Shown: positions 24,701 to 36,230 of the stretch, in pieces
How the letters are laid out: the number at the start of each line of letters is the position of its first letter
Position numbering within the stretch: position 1 is the stretch's first letter
Assembly (NCBI RefSeq): GCF_011745625.1
Contig: NW_027191489.1
Span: 124,001-188,000 of the forward strand
DNA: 64,000 bases
Source of the DNA: Cladosporium halotolerans
Lineage: Eukaryota
Reading direction: 5' to 3'
Program-made: the position numbers and the translations under genes
Notes under the pieces: generated by a model
Told to the model about the DNA's origin: nothing
What the model saw: the letters and a program-made list of their open reading frames with translations, nothing else
Database searches by the model: none

Positions 24701-25139
24701 TCAAGCGGCACCAGAACAGCGCCGCCAAATGCCCGCCCGCGCAGTATCCGGCTTTCCTATGCAGCAACCTTCTGCGATGACACCCGGCTTCGGCGGCTAC
24801 AACGGCCTCCCAACCGCCAACAGCACGCCCATGTTCGGCGCAAACAACTACTTCGCCTCCCCCACCGCCGCCATGCAACAGCAAGCTGGCATGGGCATGG
24901 GCATGCCCTACGCTCCTCAGCCCATGCAAGTCAACAACCTGGCTTACCAGGCGCTCACCGGCGCCCCCACAAATTACGGAATGCCCTACCCCCAGCCCAT
25001 GGGCTACGGCATGTCGATGGCCATTAACATGCCCGCCATGCAGATGGGGATGCCGATGGCGGCCGGCGGCTACGAGCAGGGCATCAGCCCGCAGCAGAGG
25101 GATAACATCGATCGCTGGAGGATGAGCGTTGCGCCCTAG
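21759..25139 (+). CDS. Large, mostly disordered hypothetical fungal protein (1126 aa)
   Basis: Intronless long ORF. Conserved-looking blocks STLLAELQVRK, GMHSTLLQMDAV, DDDVPLG, ETL(A/G)QR x2 and an M/G/P/Y-rich tail. Confidence 0.85.
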   Translation: MADQDTPPTQPIASRDQHAHSSHVSTPTPTREPSFRKGAYTSNILRLEQSAEKMSEGGSDIGEEIRKLNELERERSRQNSIQSSHQGDFIPGRTAPLETTKSRASSQNQSAAEGSSGARYGGFSPSSFVTSPVGSVRSHGSWGMNRKPSVSSKLSHMVEPIQEGRPLDSPLAPSLKSPLSMSSMSRQASHASVSSFGAKYDMMSAQIQEQLDDVPPTPSKYSEIPPMQLDEAAGGATEPEAEGKEQRDGAATTPTRRRSVDTFQEAELAFKDFDGVHFEPETEEIVEVDDDGNEVRRVSARTSSGSLSMEAASLLRTPRNRPTSFAMPPPGENTTYYPAPVPRLLNLPKRLSQMPSATVHSRGRDQVMSQLPPGTRQSAAWLPPLDASGYGESQRSGSGSQPGDHPRGALNERMSMANLQSLPPQLRASIFFEQQGIPQDVQIQNHSAVATLESILNASATAPATAFTDHPFAGDVRKTHFAPERPTTRHSTSTLIAQPQGSEADAKTLKRRTTSLGGLLKRASSSDELTSVLRRPGSRSSMSMLDFNGGGKKLQKRKSRASLMDLQQEQEESGSHPRTPGHEVDLSNGLIAQAENGSPLDERRPMDQSRPATAMSGSKMLTENEQIEQDFHEHEADEGASDVEEGEASFVQPSTLLAELQVRKAQLRSRNRTAATAYPQGMHSTLLQMDAVLEIDKRKRQKQRIALAWEDPALRQNEEERGDPDDDVPLGVLYPSKNGLINQTLGDERDWDRPLGLMEKRELENNEPLSSRRNRLRGGSALPRSQGPSAGKQPVPLTSTSQVNLSTPQGGECEKEEEDEGETLAQRLKRLRTKEALDAAVGDLAPPKDGERPQSTWSNELLSQFGGLDPNEGEAKKGSSNRKSVGPEELENETLGQRRARLQREREAAGSSEAKRPAAVRSSSSMANLLATNPTGSNRRVTHDHRPAEGTLLHASAQEKEKSRRQLLNSNMRSSSYAFDRQAAPEQRRQMPARAVSGFPMQQPSAMTPGFGGYNGLPTANSTPMFGANNYFASPTAAMQQQAGMGMGMPYAPQPMQVNNLAYQALTGAPTNYGMPYPQPMGYGMSMAINMPAMQMGMPMAAGGYEQGISPQQRDNIDRWRMSVAP

Positions 25140-25631
25140 CAAGCGCGCGACGCCAGGGATCGGCAGCGTAATAACATTTTTCTCTCGAGGGTGCGCGCTG
25201 CCTATGAGCAGGAGCGCGACAACCAGGTTCGTCGTCAGCAGCGGCGGAGCAGGCGTAATTGAATGTCGCAGGGTGGTCTTGGGCGGGAACTTATCAGCAT
25301 ATTAATCTTACGACCTACATTTGGGCATTCGTTTGGCTTGGCGTTAGCGGATGGGGCTGCATTCTTTCTGTTGAAGCATCTGTATGAGGACGGAAGCGTC
25401 TCGGGGTTTGCAAAGGTCCGAGCTCTCGGTACGACTAATAAAAGTTACGCTCACTGCTGAAACCGCAGGAGAGATCTTGAAATCACGATTGAACAGAATC
25501 CTGCCCATTTCTTTGAGCAGATCTCTTTCGATTGCTTTATCTATCATCTATGATCGTGATTCATGTAGTGCCCAAAGACGCCATGCCACGCCCAACAACT
25601 CGCCAGGCTTCCCATCACTCTCTCATCCACT

Positions 25632-27365
25632 CTAGTACAAATACCTGAAACCAACCGCGCGCCTACCAATGCCCTCCTCCTCCGCAACACCCGCCTCGCC
25701 ACCACCTGCAATCATCTCGTTCTCCGCACGCTCCAGCTTCTTATTCTCCCAGACGTGAATATACCTCAGCACAATCGCCAAGACAACGATCACCATACAA
25801 ATGCCCGCATTCGCGCCACTGCCAGGGATATACCTCGGCGCATCGCTCTTCGGGTACATATAGCTGGCGTAGATGGATCCCGCGTTGGCAATGCAGTTCG
25901 CGATGGCGATGGCGCTGGAGCGCTTGACGAGCGGGCGCGGGAAGGAGTTGGCGAGCCAGCTGACGATGATCTGGTAGGCGGAGACGGCGCCCATGGGCAT
26001 GAGGAACATGGCGAAGTAGCGGGCGCCGACGACGGTCGTGCCGGCGACGATGGCGTTGCCGGCGACGGCGAAGAGGACGAGGACGACGATGTGGATGCTG
26101 CGGTCGCCGGTCTTGCCGGCCGACCAGGTTACGGCGATGGAGATGAGGAAGGTGGCGAACCAGACTGTGGTAGAATGTTAGTGTCGGGGTTGTGATGGTG
26201 GCTGCTGAGATGGGGATGCTTACCAGGCACGGTGAGGAGGAGGGTCTCGATGGAGCCGTAGCCGAGAGTCTGGACGATGCTGGGGAAGAAGTACTGGAAG
26301 GTTTGGGAGAGGATGGAGAGATGCTGGATAAGGACGAAGAGGTAGAGACGGTAGTCTTTCAAGCACAGCTTTACACCGTCCCAAATCGAGCGCGAATGCG
26401 TTTCGTCGGACTCGTTGATGTCGGCCATAAGACGGTAAGACGCAAAGCCGCGCTCCTCTTCGTTCAGCCATTTGGTGGTAGCTGGATAGTCGGGAAGGAT
26501 GAAGCCGGCAGCCATGGCGACGGCGATGGTGATGACACCTTCGATGACTGAAGACGAAAGTTAGCCTGAGCGACCTATTTGGAGCCTTAGAAAAATATCA
26601 AGGTATGACTTACTGAACAACCAGCGCCACCCAGCGATACCCATGTTGCCATCGAGGTTGCCCAGAATGCCAGCAGCGAGGAGACCACCAAACATGTTCG
26701 CCAAGGCATTGCCAGAGTAGAACCAAGAGATTCTCTTAGTCAGCTCTGATCGAGTGTACCAAGAGGACATGAGGAAGATCGCTCCAGGGAAGAAAGGGCA
26801 CTCGACGAATCCAAGAATAAGTCTGACGGCGACCAGCTGGCCGAAGCTGTGGACTGCGGCATTGCAAGTTGACACAACTCCCCAGACCGTGGCTGCGACA
26901 CTGAGATATATTGAGGGCGGAAGACGAGTGATGAGGAGGTTTGAAGGCAGCTGCATCAGGAGGTACCCCACGAAGAAAATAGAAGTTGCGAGATTGAAGT
27001 CTGAGCCTTCCATGCCAAGATCGCGTTCCAGGTCACCTTGTCGGGCCTGAGAAAGGTTGGAACTATTGACAAGATTGTTAGCTAGATCGCTCGATGCGCC
27101 GTTGCATTTACTGAACATACCGATCAAGGAAATTGAGCAGATAAAGTATGACCAGAATCGGTAGCAATCGGACATCGATCTTTCGCACAAGCTTTCGGTC
27201 CATCTCTTTCTTCCATTCATCATCCTTGTTCGCGAATTCCTCGAAGAGCGCCTTTTGTGCTAGGTCGGCACCAGGTATCGAATCAAGTTTCGCCTGGTCT
27301 TTCTCCAAGCTAACGCGCTCCTGACGTTCGACGTCAGAGTCTCTGACCTTCTCGTCTGAACCCAT
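25632..27365 (-). CDS. MFS transporter, anion:cation symporter family (Tna1/Dal5-like)
   Basis: Motifs LVRKIDVRLLP, LNFLDRSN, PSNLL, GWRWLFIIEG, ILPDYP..TKWL, GFRYLY. Introns 27063-27120, 26548-26613, 26165-26223. Confidence 0.9.
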
Positions 27366-28306
27366 GGTTGCGATCACGGTTTCCAGTCGACAGAGATGCA
27401 ATGAGGAATGTTAGGCAAGGGGAAACAATGAGATGAGGGAAAGAGGGAAAAAAGTCAGAGGGATCGACGGCATTGAAGAATCACGAAGACGGGTCTTTCG
27501 GAACGGCTGAAACGTTACCAATGTACCTGCCTTTGGATCTTCGGACCCATAAGCTTTGTCATGTGCGTGCCATCGCCCGGTTCTCTCGCTTGTGTGAGCG
27601 CGTCTCCATAGGCCTTGTGGGTCCGGAGGGGAGACGTGCCTCACGTCCATCCCCACGGCCACCCGCAATGGCTGGGGCAAGTGCGGGAGTGGAGTCCATC
27701 AGTGGAGCGCTGGGGCGACTCCAGGTTGGAGAAGTGAGGGTATGACGGGGGGCATGTCTCCACCTAGAGTGATGTCGAAGGACCGATTACGCCTCGGGGT
27801 GCATTGGTCCGATCGGTGAACGGCCTCGAGGATTAGGGGTCACTCTGTAAGACAAGCACACAAGCAAGCGCCAATGGAAAGGTTATCCTCCGAAATGCTT
27901 GTCCAGAATGCTTCGCACGTGGTTGCACATCCATTTGCAGCCGCCGATGCAACTGCCGTTCCTTTCACTCGTAGCTCAGTCCTTAGCATGCGAGGCTGTC
28001 GATCAAATGCCGCTCATTAGGCTGAAAAGGCAAGGACGGGACGACATGTGCTGCTAAAGCGGTTCAAGCATCGCTTGAAAGTCGGTACCGTCTTACCTCA
28101 CAGTCGTGATGATGCGTCGGGATCGGCAATTGCGCTTTCTTATCGGTGTTTGAACGCCGAAAGTCTTCGGGCTACTGCTTTTGTGCTAGTGGATTTCGGG
28201 TCAAAGATGATATTCCACCGAGAGAGCATCACCGCCCCACGCGTCCTTCCCAAATGCCGCTTATTCTAATTGTCGTGCGCTCATAGTTGCCTTTCTATAC
28301 TCCTTT

Positions 28307-29302
28307 ATGATTGGGGCCTGTAGATTCACAGTCGCATCGAACTGTCTCCGATTATCTCCGCGAGGCTACGCATTCCCCCCCAAACGCTGTCATTTCCGAA
28401 AGGCTGGTTTTCCTAGACGTCGCGCACGATCTGTGAGCGTTGCGCAGTCTTCAGCACGAGGCATGGCGTCTGTCTCTTCCACGGTGAGGACCAAAGCTGT
28501 GTATCAATATGATGAGGGTCTGAGACAACACGTTTGTCGCGTGACTGCGCTCAGACCGTTCTACGACCTGCCCGATGCGGAGAAAGCACTCTTCAAGGCT
28601 GGAGTTGAGACCACACGTGTGCTCGAGACTGCAGAGACCATCTTCTACGCGCAAGGAGGCGGCCAGCCATTCGATACTGGTGTGATCAGTCGACAGGACT
28701 CGAATGGGCTGCAGACTGTCTTCGAAGTGCAGGCTGTGAGGAATGCTCCAGAGGGAAGGGTGTTGCACTTTGGTACATTCAAGAGCGGGGAAGATGCAGC
28801 GTTCGCCAATGGCGACATGGTTGAGCAGCGCATTGATGGAGGGAGAAGGGACAGCAACAGTAAATATCATACGGCGGGACACTGCATCGGACTTTCTGTT
28901 AGGCGTCTGATGGAGAAAGCGCCCGAGCTCGAGGTGTCGGAGCTCAAAGCGCAGCATTACCCTGACGCATCTTTCGTGGAGTTCAAAGGGGTGATAGATG
29001 GCTCGTACAAAGACGCCATTCAGCAACAAGTCTCGGAGTTTGTCAAAGCAGCACTGCCCGTCAAACTGTACTGGTTCAAGCCTGAGGAACTCGAGGAGAA
29101 CGGCGTCTTCATGGCCCCAGGAATGCCGATAGTAGCCGGTCCGGATGGCAAGGTACGGGTTGTCGACATCGTGGGAGCAGGCGGGTATTGCTGTGGAGGT
29201 ACACATACAGCAGACACGTCTTTGGTTGGGGAAGTTGTGATCAAGGGCATCAAGCGGCAAAAAGGGATAAGTAAAATCTCATACACTCTTTCAGGTGGAT
29301 GA
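28307..29302 (+). CDS. Free-standing AlaX (alanyl-tRNA editing) protein; alternative start at 28463
   Basis: TIFYAQGGGQPFDTG and the zinc motifs HTAGH and CCGGTH. Confidence 0.87.
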   Translation: MIGACRFTVASNCLRLSPRGYAFPPKRCHFRKAGFPRRRARSVSVAQSSARGMASVSSTVRTKAVYQYDEGLRQHVCRVTALRPFYDLPDAEKALFKAGVETTRVLETAETIFYAQGGGQPFDTGVISRQDSNGLQTVFEVQAVRNAPEGRVLHFGTFKSGEDAAFANGDMVEQRIDGGRRDSNSKYHTAGHCIGLSVRRLMEKAPELEVSELKAQHYPDASFVEFKGVIDGSYKDAIQQQVSEFVKAALPVKLYWFKPEELEENGVFMAPGMPIVAGPDGKVRVVDIVGAGGYCCGGTHTADTSLVGEVVIKGIKRQKGISKISYTLSGG

Positions 29303-30187
29303 TGCCGCCCGGTGGTCTCCAGTACCATTCAAACGTGTCCCGCTGGCTTCTGGTTCTCACGTCTGGAAGTGTCTCTCCTTTTCTTACAGTATAATAAACA
29401 CCACGGCGTGAAGGCGTCATGCAGCTCTAGGGCAGTGTCAAAATCCCAGAGCATGTCCGATGAGAACCATAAGCGATAACAATTCGAAACGTGCAGGGGT
29501 TTCGAATGCATGACCGCGCTTCGCCCAACATGCTCGTTGATCTGAGATGAGAGGTGTCGCTTGCTACGCCAATGGGAGAACAGCCAGCCATAGCAACCCC
29601 CGCTATGCAGCATCGTCGCGAATTCATCACTGCGCTGGCAGCGATGTCATTGAGCTTCGAGGAAGACCGTCTCTTGTGAGACAAGCCGATGCTCAGTGGA
29701 ATTGCGTTCATCCATCCATCTCATGTGGATCTCGCTACTGTCGATAGAAATACATCTGTCTTTGTATCTCTGAGCTGCTGTCGTTCCTAGCCCGGCCGTT
29801 CACCGCCACCGCGTTCAAACCTCCACCTTGTTACACAAGGCTGGCACCATATCAATTGGGACACCTCAGTTCTGCATGCGAGACGACATAGCTGCAGCCA
29901 GCCGCCGAAGAGTCATCGCCTCCCTACTTCGCTTAGAGACGCGTTGACGCGACGAGGCAGCACCCCAGCTCATCATTACTGAAGCTCTCTGTTCACTCGT
30001 AAACAGTCTCTCGCTCATTCACTCAAAGCATCTGACTGCTCTCAATCTCTATCTTTCAGCTGGCGAGTGGCTGTGCTCTCACGTGTATGCCCTCCTTGCG
30101 GTGCTTCACGTGCATGAGCGGAGCATAAAAGGGCTCTTCTTGATCTCATCCGTCCCATCTTCTCTCATCCACCAACAACCTCCCAAG

Positions 30188-30267
30188 CAACGGCGTACTC
30201 CATCCTACTGGCGTACTTCTGCTCCAAACACAACGGCGTACTCCATCCTAACGACCTACTTCTGTCC
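30188..30267 (+). repeat. Direct repeat in the Argonaute upstream/5'UTR region
   Basis: caacggcgtactccatccta is identical at 30188-30207 and 30231-30250, each copy followed by tacttctg. Confidence 0.8.
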
Positions 30268-30481
30268 GGCGATATACCGTCTTCGATACCTCACCACACC
30301 ATTTCACCAACAACCTTCGATCAAACAGCTTTCCGTACCTGACCTTTGATTCGCCTGATCACACTCATACTGCAACGGTATCTTATCAAAACAAGTGTGC
30401 CCTTTCGCTCCGACGGCGGCTCACCATTGTCGCTGACTTGTTGATGCCCAGATCACTATAGGTCTTCACTAAACCAACGCC

Positions 30482-33400
30482 ATGTCTGAATACACACAGA
30501 GGGGCTACGGACGCGGCGGCCGGGGCGGAAATGCCGGTAGAGGGGGTCCCAACCGTGGTGGCGGTGGGCTACCCTCTCGAGGAGGGCCGTCTCAGATGCC
30601 GTACCGTCCGGCGCCGCCTGCAGATCGTGGCGGTGGTGGTCGCGGTGGTCGCGGTGGTCGTGGTGGCCGTGGTGGCCGCGGTGGCAGCAGTGGTGGCGGT
30701 GACAGCGAAGCGCTCAAGCGAGGCGGACCGCCTTCGGTCGAGCCCGGGATATATCTGTGAGCACTCACGGAACGGAGACTCTTGAACCTCAATGACTGAC
30801 AACTGCGCAGTTCAAAAGTCAACCCAGGCATGCCAGACAAGCGTATTACCGAGCTTGAGGACAAGATCGTCGCTTCAAGGAAGTCTTCGAAGCCTCAAGC
30901 CGGGCAAGAGCTAGGTGCTTTCCCTCCGAGAACGAGCTATGGCACTCGCGGGAGACCTATCGTTCTGCGTACGAATTACTTCCACGCTCAGTTCGCCCAT
31001 GAAGTCGGACAGCAGGCTATGTCGAAGACGTTCTACCGGTATGATGTGGAGATTCGCCCTGAACAGCCGAAGATGAAGAAGCGCCGTGTTCTTGAGCAGC
31101 TGGTTGCGCGGCCGCCTTTCCAAGGCACTGCTTGTGCCACTGACTACTCCAAGTTCATTGTCACTACGGCTGATCTGAGATCTGAGATCAAAGCCGCCTC
31201 ACAAGGCAAGATTACGATCCCTCCTATCAATGCCAACAGCCAGCCAGGCGGAGCTCCACCACCCGTTAGGCCTAGCGACACTGTGCAATACCGAATCTCA
31301 CCCGCTGGGTCCTTCAACGTCCGCGACCTTATGGATTTTCTTACATCTACAGCACCTGGAGCATCTTACGCTGGAGTGGCGGATCTGATTCAGATGCTAA
31401 ATATCATCATGTGCAAGGTCCCTAACGAGACTGCCGCTGTTGCGAATCTTCCGGGTAACAAGTTTTACCCACACCAAGGTCTTTCTGGCTTTCCTGACCA
31501 TCCTCGTATGGAGTTTGCTGAGCTCGCGGGTGGTCTGATGGCCTTGCGAGGCTACTTTGCAAGTGTTCGTCCCGCGACCGGCAGGGTGCTGCTCAATCTC
31601 AATGTCACCACCGGTGCCTTCTACCAACCAATTCCGCTTTTGGAGCTTTTCATGCGATGCGGTATCACAGACATTTCAAAGAGGGAGATGTTTGTCAAGA
31701 AGTTGAAGGTTCAGTACGTTCGGCCGGGAAAAACCCCTATCAAGCAAGTCCGGACCATCTTCGGATTCGCAAAGACGCCTCCAATGAAAGATAAGAAGGC
31801 TCCTCCGTTTACCGTTGAGCGTTTCGGCAATGCTCGCCAAGTAAAGTTTACCTACGAAGACCGTACTAGGTCAACTCCTCAGCGACGTACGACGTCCGTC
31901 TTCGACTACTTCAAAGACCAGCAAGGCGTCATTCTGCAGCGTCCGGAGATCCCTGTACTCAATACTGGCACACTCACCGATCCTATCTACATACCAATTG
32001 AGATGTGTACGGTGCTTCCCGGCCAGTCATACCGGAAGGTCCTGAGCGGAGACCAGACGACTCAGATGCTTGAATTCGCTGCACGCTTCCCGAACCAGAA
32101 TGCCGTGTCTATCGCTGGTACCTCCACGGATCCTGGAACTGGCTTAAGGCTGTTCCAACTCGCCGACCCTGCCATGAACAACCCTCAAGCACAATCCACT
32201 CAGCCATTTGGCTTCCGAGTCACGACGACAATGCTTACAGTACCCGGAAGAATCCTCGATGCCCCAGCAGTGAAGTACAGAAAAAAGTCCGTGAGAGCCA
32301 ACAACGGGTCTTGGAACTGCGCAGACCAGACGTTCGTAAAAGGAGGGAGCTACGAGTCCTTCGCTGTCTGCGTCCTTAACGAACGTGGCAGACAAGAGAC
32401 CCTCCGAAGCAATCCTCAGGGAGATATGCTTCCTCCAGAGCAACTCATCAGCACTCTTCGCAACTTCCTAACCAACTACGGCCTGCGAATGGGCACTTGG
32501 AATGACATGACCTTTGGTACCGTGGAGCCGCTAGATGGTATGAACAATCGAGGCAAGAACAACTCGGTCTTGGACGCATTGTTTGCAAAAGCGTCGAAGC
32601 GCCAGGTCAGAATCCTCTTCATCGTTCTTCCAAGGAATGACAAGTGGCTTTATGCACGTATCAAGTACTACGCAGACACGCAGTACGGCATTCAGACCAT
32701 TTGCTCAGTCGGCAGCAAGCTGCAGAAGCCTAACGGGCAAGGCATGTACATGGGTAATCTGGCCTTGAAATTCAACATCAAGGGTAACGGCATCAACCAC
32801 CAACTGGATCAGATGCTCGTCAACCCTCTGGATGCCAATACGATGCTAATGGGCATTGACGTCACTCACCCGTCTCCGCAGAGTGCCAAAGGTGCGCCGA
32901 GTATCGCCTGCGTGGTCGCGAACAAGGATAAGCACTTGTGTCAGTGGCCTGGAAGCATCCGTAAGCAGAAGGGTAAGCAGGAAATGGTTGATGACAAGGA
33001 GCGCAAGGAAGGCGATACCGTCAAGAGCCTGGAAGACATGATTGTCGAGCGCCTGAATTGCTGGAAAGAGAATCCGGAGAATGGCAGAGCGCTTCCAAAG
33101 AAGATTCTGGTCTACCGTGATGGCGTATCTGAAGGGCAATACCAACTGGTTCTGGAGAGGGAGCTCCCTCACTTCCGCGCCGCATTCAACAGGAAGTACG
33201 GTCCTGAGAAGAACCATCCCAGAATGGCCGTCATTGTCGTCGGCAAAAGGCACCACATCAGGTTCTATCCGACCCAAGACCAGGACGCCGATTACAACCC
33301 ACAGCGCCAACAAGGGAGCCTCAACTGCAAGCCTGGCACCGTTGTCGACCGTGGCATCACCGGCAAGATTTTGCACGAGTTCTTCCTCCAGGCGCACCAA

Positions 33401-33700
33401 GGTCTGCAAGGCACAGCACGCCCAGCCCACTACGTCGTTATCAAAGACGACATTGGCTTCGACGCGAACAGCCTTGAGCAGATCACACACCACCTGTGCT
33501 ACATGTTCGGCCGTGCCACCAAAGCCGTGTCGATCGTCCCTCCGGCGTACTATGCCGACATCCTTGCCGAGCGGGCCAGAGCGTACTTGTACAACACGCT
33601 GCAGGAGGACCGCGACGACAGCACTACGGCCTCAGGGGGCGCGACGGAGTGGGATGGCACGATCCACCCCAACTTGAAGAACACGTTCTTCTACATCTGA
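30482..33700 (+). CDS. Argonaute (QDE-2-like) RNAi effector
   Basis: RGG-rich exon 1, intron 30757-30810, then LRTNYF, RGYFASVR, a PAZ region and PIWI motifs GIDVTHP, QEMV, YRDGVSEGQY, GKRHH, GTARPAHY, PPAYYAD (D-E-D-D tetrad). Confidence 0.95.
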
Positions 33701-34225
33701 TCTCAGCCGATGTCCCGTGGGATTTTCTTGCAAGCGTTTTGCTTTGTTTCTGTCCGATATGGAATATTGCTTTTGCTTTGGGGACAACAAGAGTCATGAT
33801 CAGACTGAAAAGCGAAAGAGAAAAAGAAAACAAAAACAAAAAAGACAATCACGACTTTCATTTCTCTCTCGACAGGCGGTGTTTGGGCGTTTGATGATTT
33901 GCAATTAGTACTTATTTCCAGACTGAATGCAATGGATCTCGTGCAAATTAGCCATTCAAATCATGTGCAAACACACTCATGGCAGGCTCCCACAATGGAG
34001 GAGCGAGCGGACGACAGCTTTAGTGATTGCGTGAAGTAACATCAGTGTTGTGGCTCTCATGTCAAAGATGCCTTGGCGAAGGATCAATAGAGTCCAATGT
34101 AAGCGTCAGCAGCCCCCGCCGCATCTACAACACGTGCGTGGAACCTCGCGCTACGAACCCCAACTCTAGCATTTCAGCCTCAATGCTCGAAGTTTCCTCC
34201 AGGGCAGAAACCTAGTACATACGGC

Positions 34226-35995
34226 ATGCCTCCGAGGTCCACGGGGTGCTTCCAGTGCCGGAAGAGGAAAATCAGATGCGATGAAGCGCGGCCAGGCTGC
34301 GAGCGGTGTGCCAAACATGGCGTGCCTTGCCCTGGTTACCGTCGCGAGAAAGGCGGATTGGAGTTTGAGGATCAGACAACCATGACTGTCAACAAAGCGC
34401 AGAAGTCCTACGGTGTGAAAGCATCTTTGGTTTCTCGAGGGAGCAGTGGACGGTTTACTACGGATGTCACCACATTCAACGCGACCCGGCAGGCGTTCCA
34501 GACATGGTCTTTGATGTTGCCACCGAAGCAATTCCTCGGCGCTGCTGCGAACCAAATGCAACTCTACAATACCTGGTTGAGCATCTATATGCCCGTGACA
34601 TGCGGCTCACGAGGCATGCACTTCGACTACCTCCGCGAAGCTATCGCTCTAGCTGAAACCGAGCCAGCCCTCAGAGACGGCCTCAACACACTAGCTCTGG
34701 TGCAAGTCGGACATGCTCATAACGAGCAACGCTTTCTTGCTGCATCCGTACCATCTTACGGAAAAGCACTCGCGAGCTTAGCGTACGCCGTCTCGAAAGC
34801 GACAAGTGTGCGGGACAATACCGTCCTCGCGGCCGCAAGTCTACTCGTCGTCTGCGAGTTTTACGAGAAGATCCGCACGGAAGGCATGGGCTGGTTTGGG
34901 CACGTAGAAGGCGTCCAGCAGTTGCTACTTTCCAGGGGTCCAGATTCGCTTGACACGGATCTGTCTCTGATGTTGTATTGCAATGCGCGGCACGGATCAC
35001 TGGCCAGGTCCTATTTGCTCAGAAAAGCGGATTCTTATGATTCACCCGAATGGCGAGCAGCGGCGTTCCGAGCGCCCATGCACGACTGGTCAACCCAGCT
35101 CTTCGACATGACCATCCAGGTCCCTCGACTGCTTCAACGATCCGACGAGCTCGACTGCAACTCCCCGCACATCCTAGATCAGATAAAAGGCCTCCTCTCA
35201 GCCTGTGAAAGCCTCGAAGCAGACCTCAGATCCTGGCTTCACGTCTTGCACGACAGCATGGCGCTCCTCAGCCTCCCACCTTACAGGGAGGCCAACGTCG
35301 ACTCTTTCAAGACGTTCGCCTCGCTCGTCACGGACCGCACCATGACGACTGCCTACCGCTTCGAGAGCTTTATGTCCGGCTACATCCACGTGCAATATTG
35401 GGTCGCCATGCACTACCTGCGCAGTACGATCAAAGACCTGCGCGAGCTACGGCAGAGTCTCGACGCCTCCTATCACTTTGAGCTTGTTCTAGATTCAGAA
35501 ATCGACGAATACGCCTTCAATCTCTGCCACAGCATACCATCGTTCGTAGATCCGTCGACCGGCACTCAGGGGCATATTGGGATCTTCCTACCTCTCGCCA
35601 TCGTATCAATGCACTTCCGCAGCCGGCAGAGATGGAACTGGTGTCTGTGGGCCCTCGATGTGAAAGACCACGTCTTCACGATGGGCCTTAGCCAGCCGCA
35701 CGTGGAGGAGAAAGCGCTTCCGGTGAAGCTCGTGCGGCCCAGAAGTGGGCTCACGCCTTTCTCGGACAATGCAAATGCAGAGGGCACTGAGTTCGAAAGC
35801 TCCATTTCGCCAGACGTCAACAGCATTTCACCGAACGAAAACATGACTTTCACGCTGGATGATTTCGCAGACGTGGATCTGAGCGTGGACTGGGGAGGGC
35901 AGCTGCCTGGTTTCGCTAGTGCTGTTCGCGGCGTGCCTCCAAAAGGCGCAGAGTCAAATGTCGTTGAATTGAGCGGTGATGCTTGCGACGTTTAA
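34226..35995 (+). CDS. Zn2Cys6 transcription factor
   Basis: CFQCRKRKIRCDEARPGCERCAKHGVPCPGY followed by a helical fungal TF domain (W..H..G...LL..RGP). Confidence 0.9.
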   Translation: MPPRSTGCFQCRKRKIRCDEARPGCERCAKHGVPCPGYRREKGGLEFEDQTTMTVNKAQKSYGVKASLVSRGSSGRFTTDVTTFNATRQAFQTWSLMLPPKQFLGAAANQMQLYNTWLSIYMPVTCGSRGMHFDYLREAIALAETEPALRDGLNTLALVQVGHAHNEQRFLAASVPSYGKALASLAYAVSKATSVRDNTVLAAASLLVVCEFYEKIRTEGMGWFGHVEGVQQLLLSRGPDSLDTDLSLMLYCNARHGSLARSYLLRKADSYDSPEWRAAAFRAPMHDWSTQLFDMTIQVPRLLQRSDELDCNSPHILDQIKGLLSACESLEADLRSWLHVLHDSMALLSLPPYREANVDSFKTFASLVTDRTMTTAYRFESFMSGYIHVQYWVAMHYLRSTIKDLRELRQSLDASYHFELVLDSEIDEYAFNLCHSIPSFVDPSTGTQGHIGIFLPLAIVSMHFRSRQRWNWCLWALDVKDHVFTMGLSQPHVEEKALPVKLVRPRSGLTPFSDNANAEGTEFESSISPDVNSISPNENMTFTLDDFADVDLSVDWGGQLPGFASAVRGVPPKGAESNVVELSGDACDV

Positions 35996-36230
35996 CGATA
36001 AGCTGAATGCAGTGCGTGTTCATCGCCCATGGCCCCAGCGCCAGTCTCTAAAGATCGCGACGGCAACATGTTTGCGTGTTAGACGGGGCTCGCCAATGAT
36101 CACGCGGAGAAGAAGGTGACATCTGAAAGCAAATCGACACAAGTTGGTACCGTTATATGGAAGCTGCACAGCTACGAAGCCGGAACATCTAACAAGCCTC
36201 ATATCTCCGGTCCGTGTACTCCTTGTCCAC

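Noticed and set aside
29482..29507. 9-bp hairpin attcgaaac/gtttcgaat
   Set aside because: Isolated and short, with no supporting context.
30188..30250. Repeat-spacer-repeat resembling CRISPR
   Set aside because: Only two copies, the spacer is related to the repeat, the context is eukaryotic and there are no cas genes.
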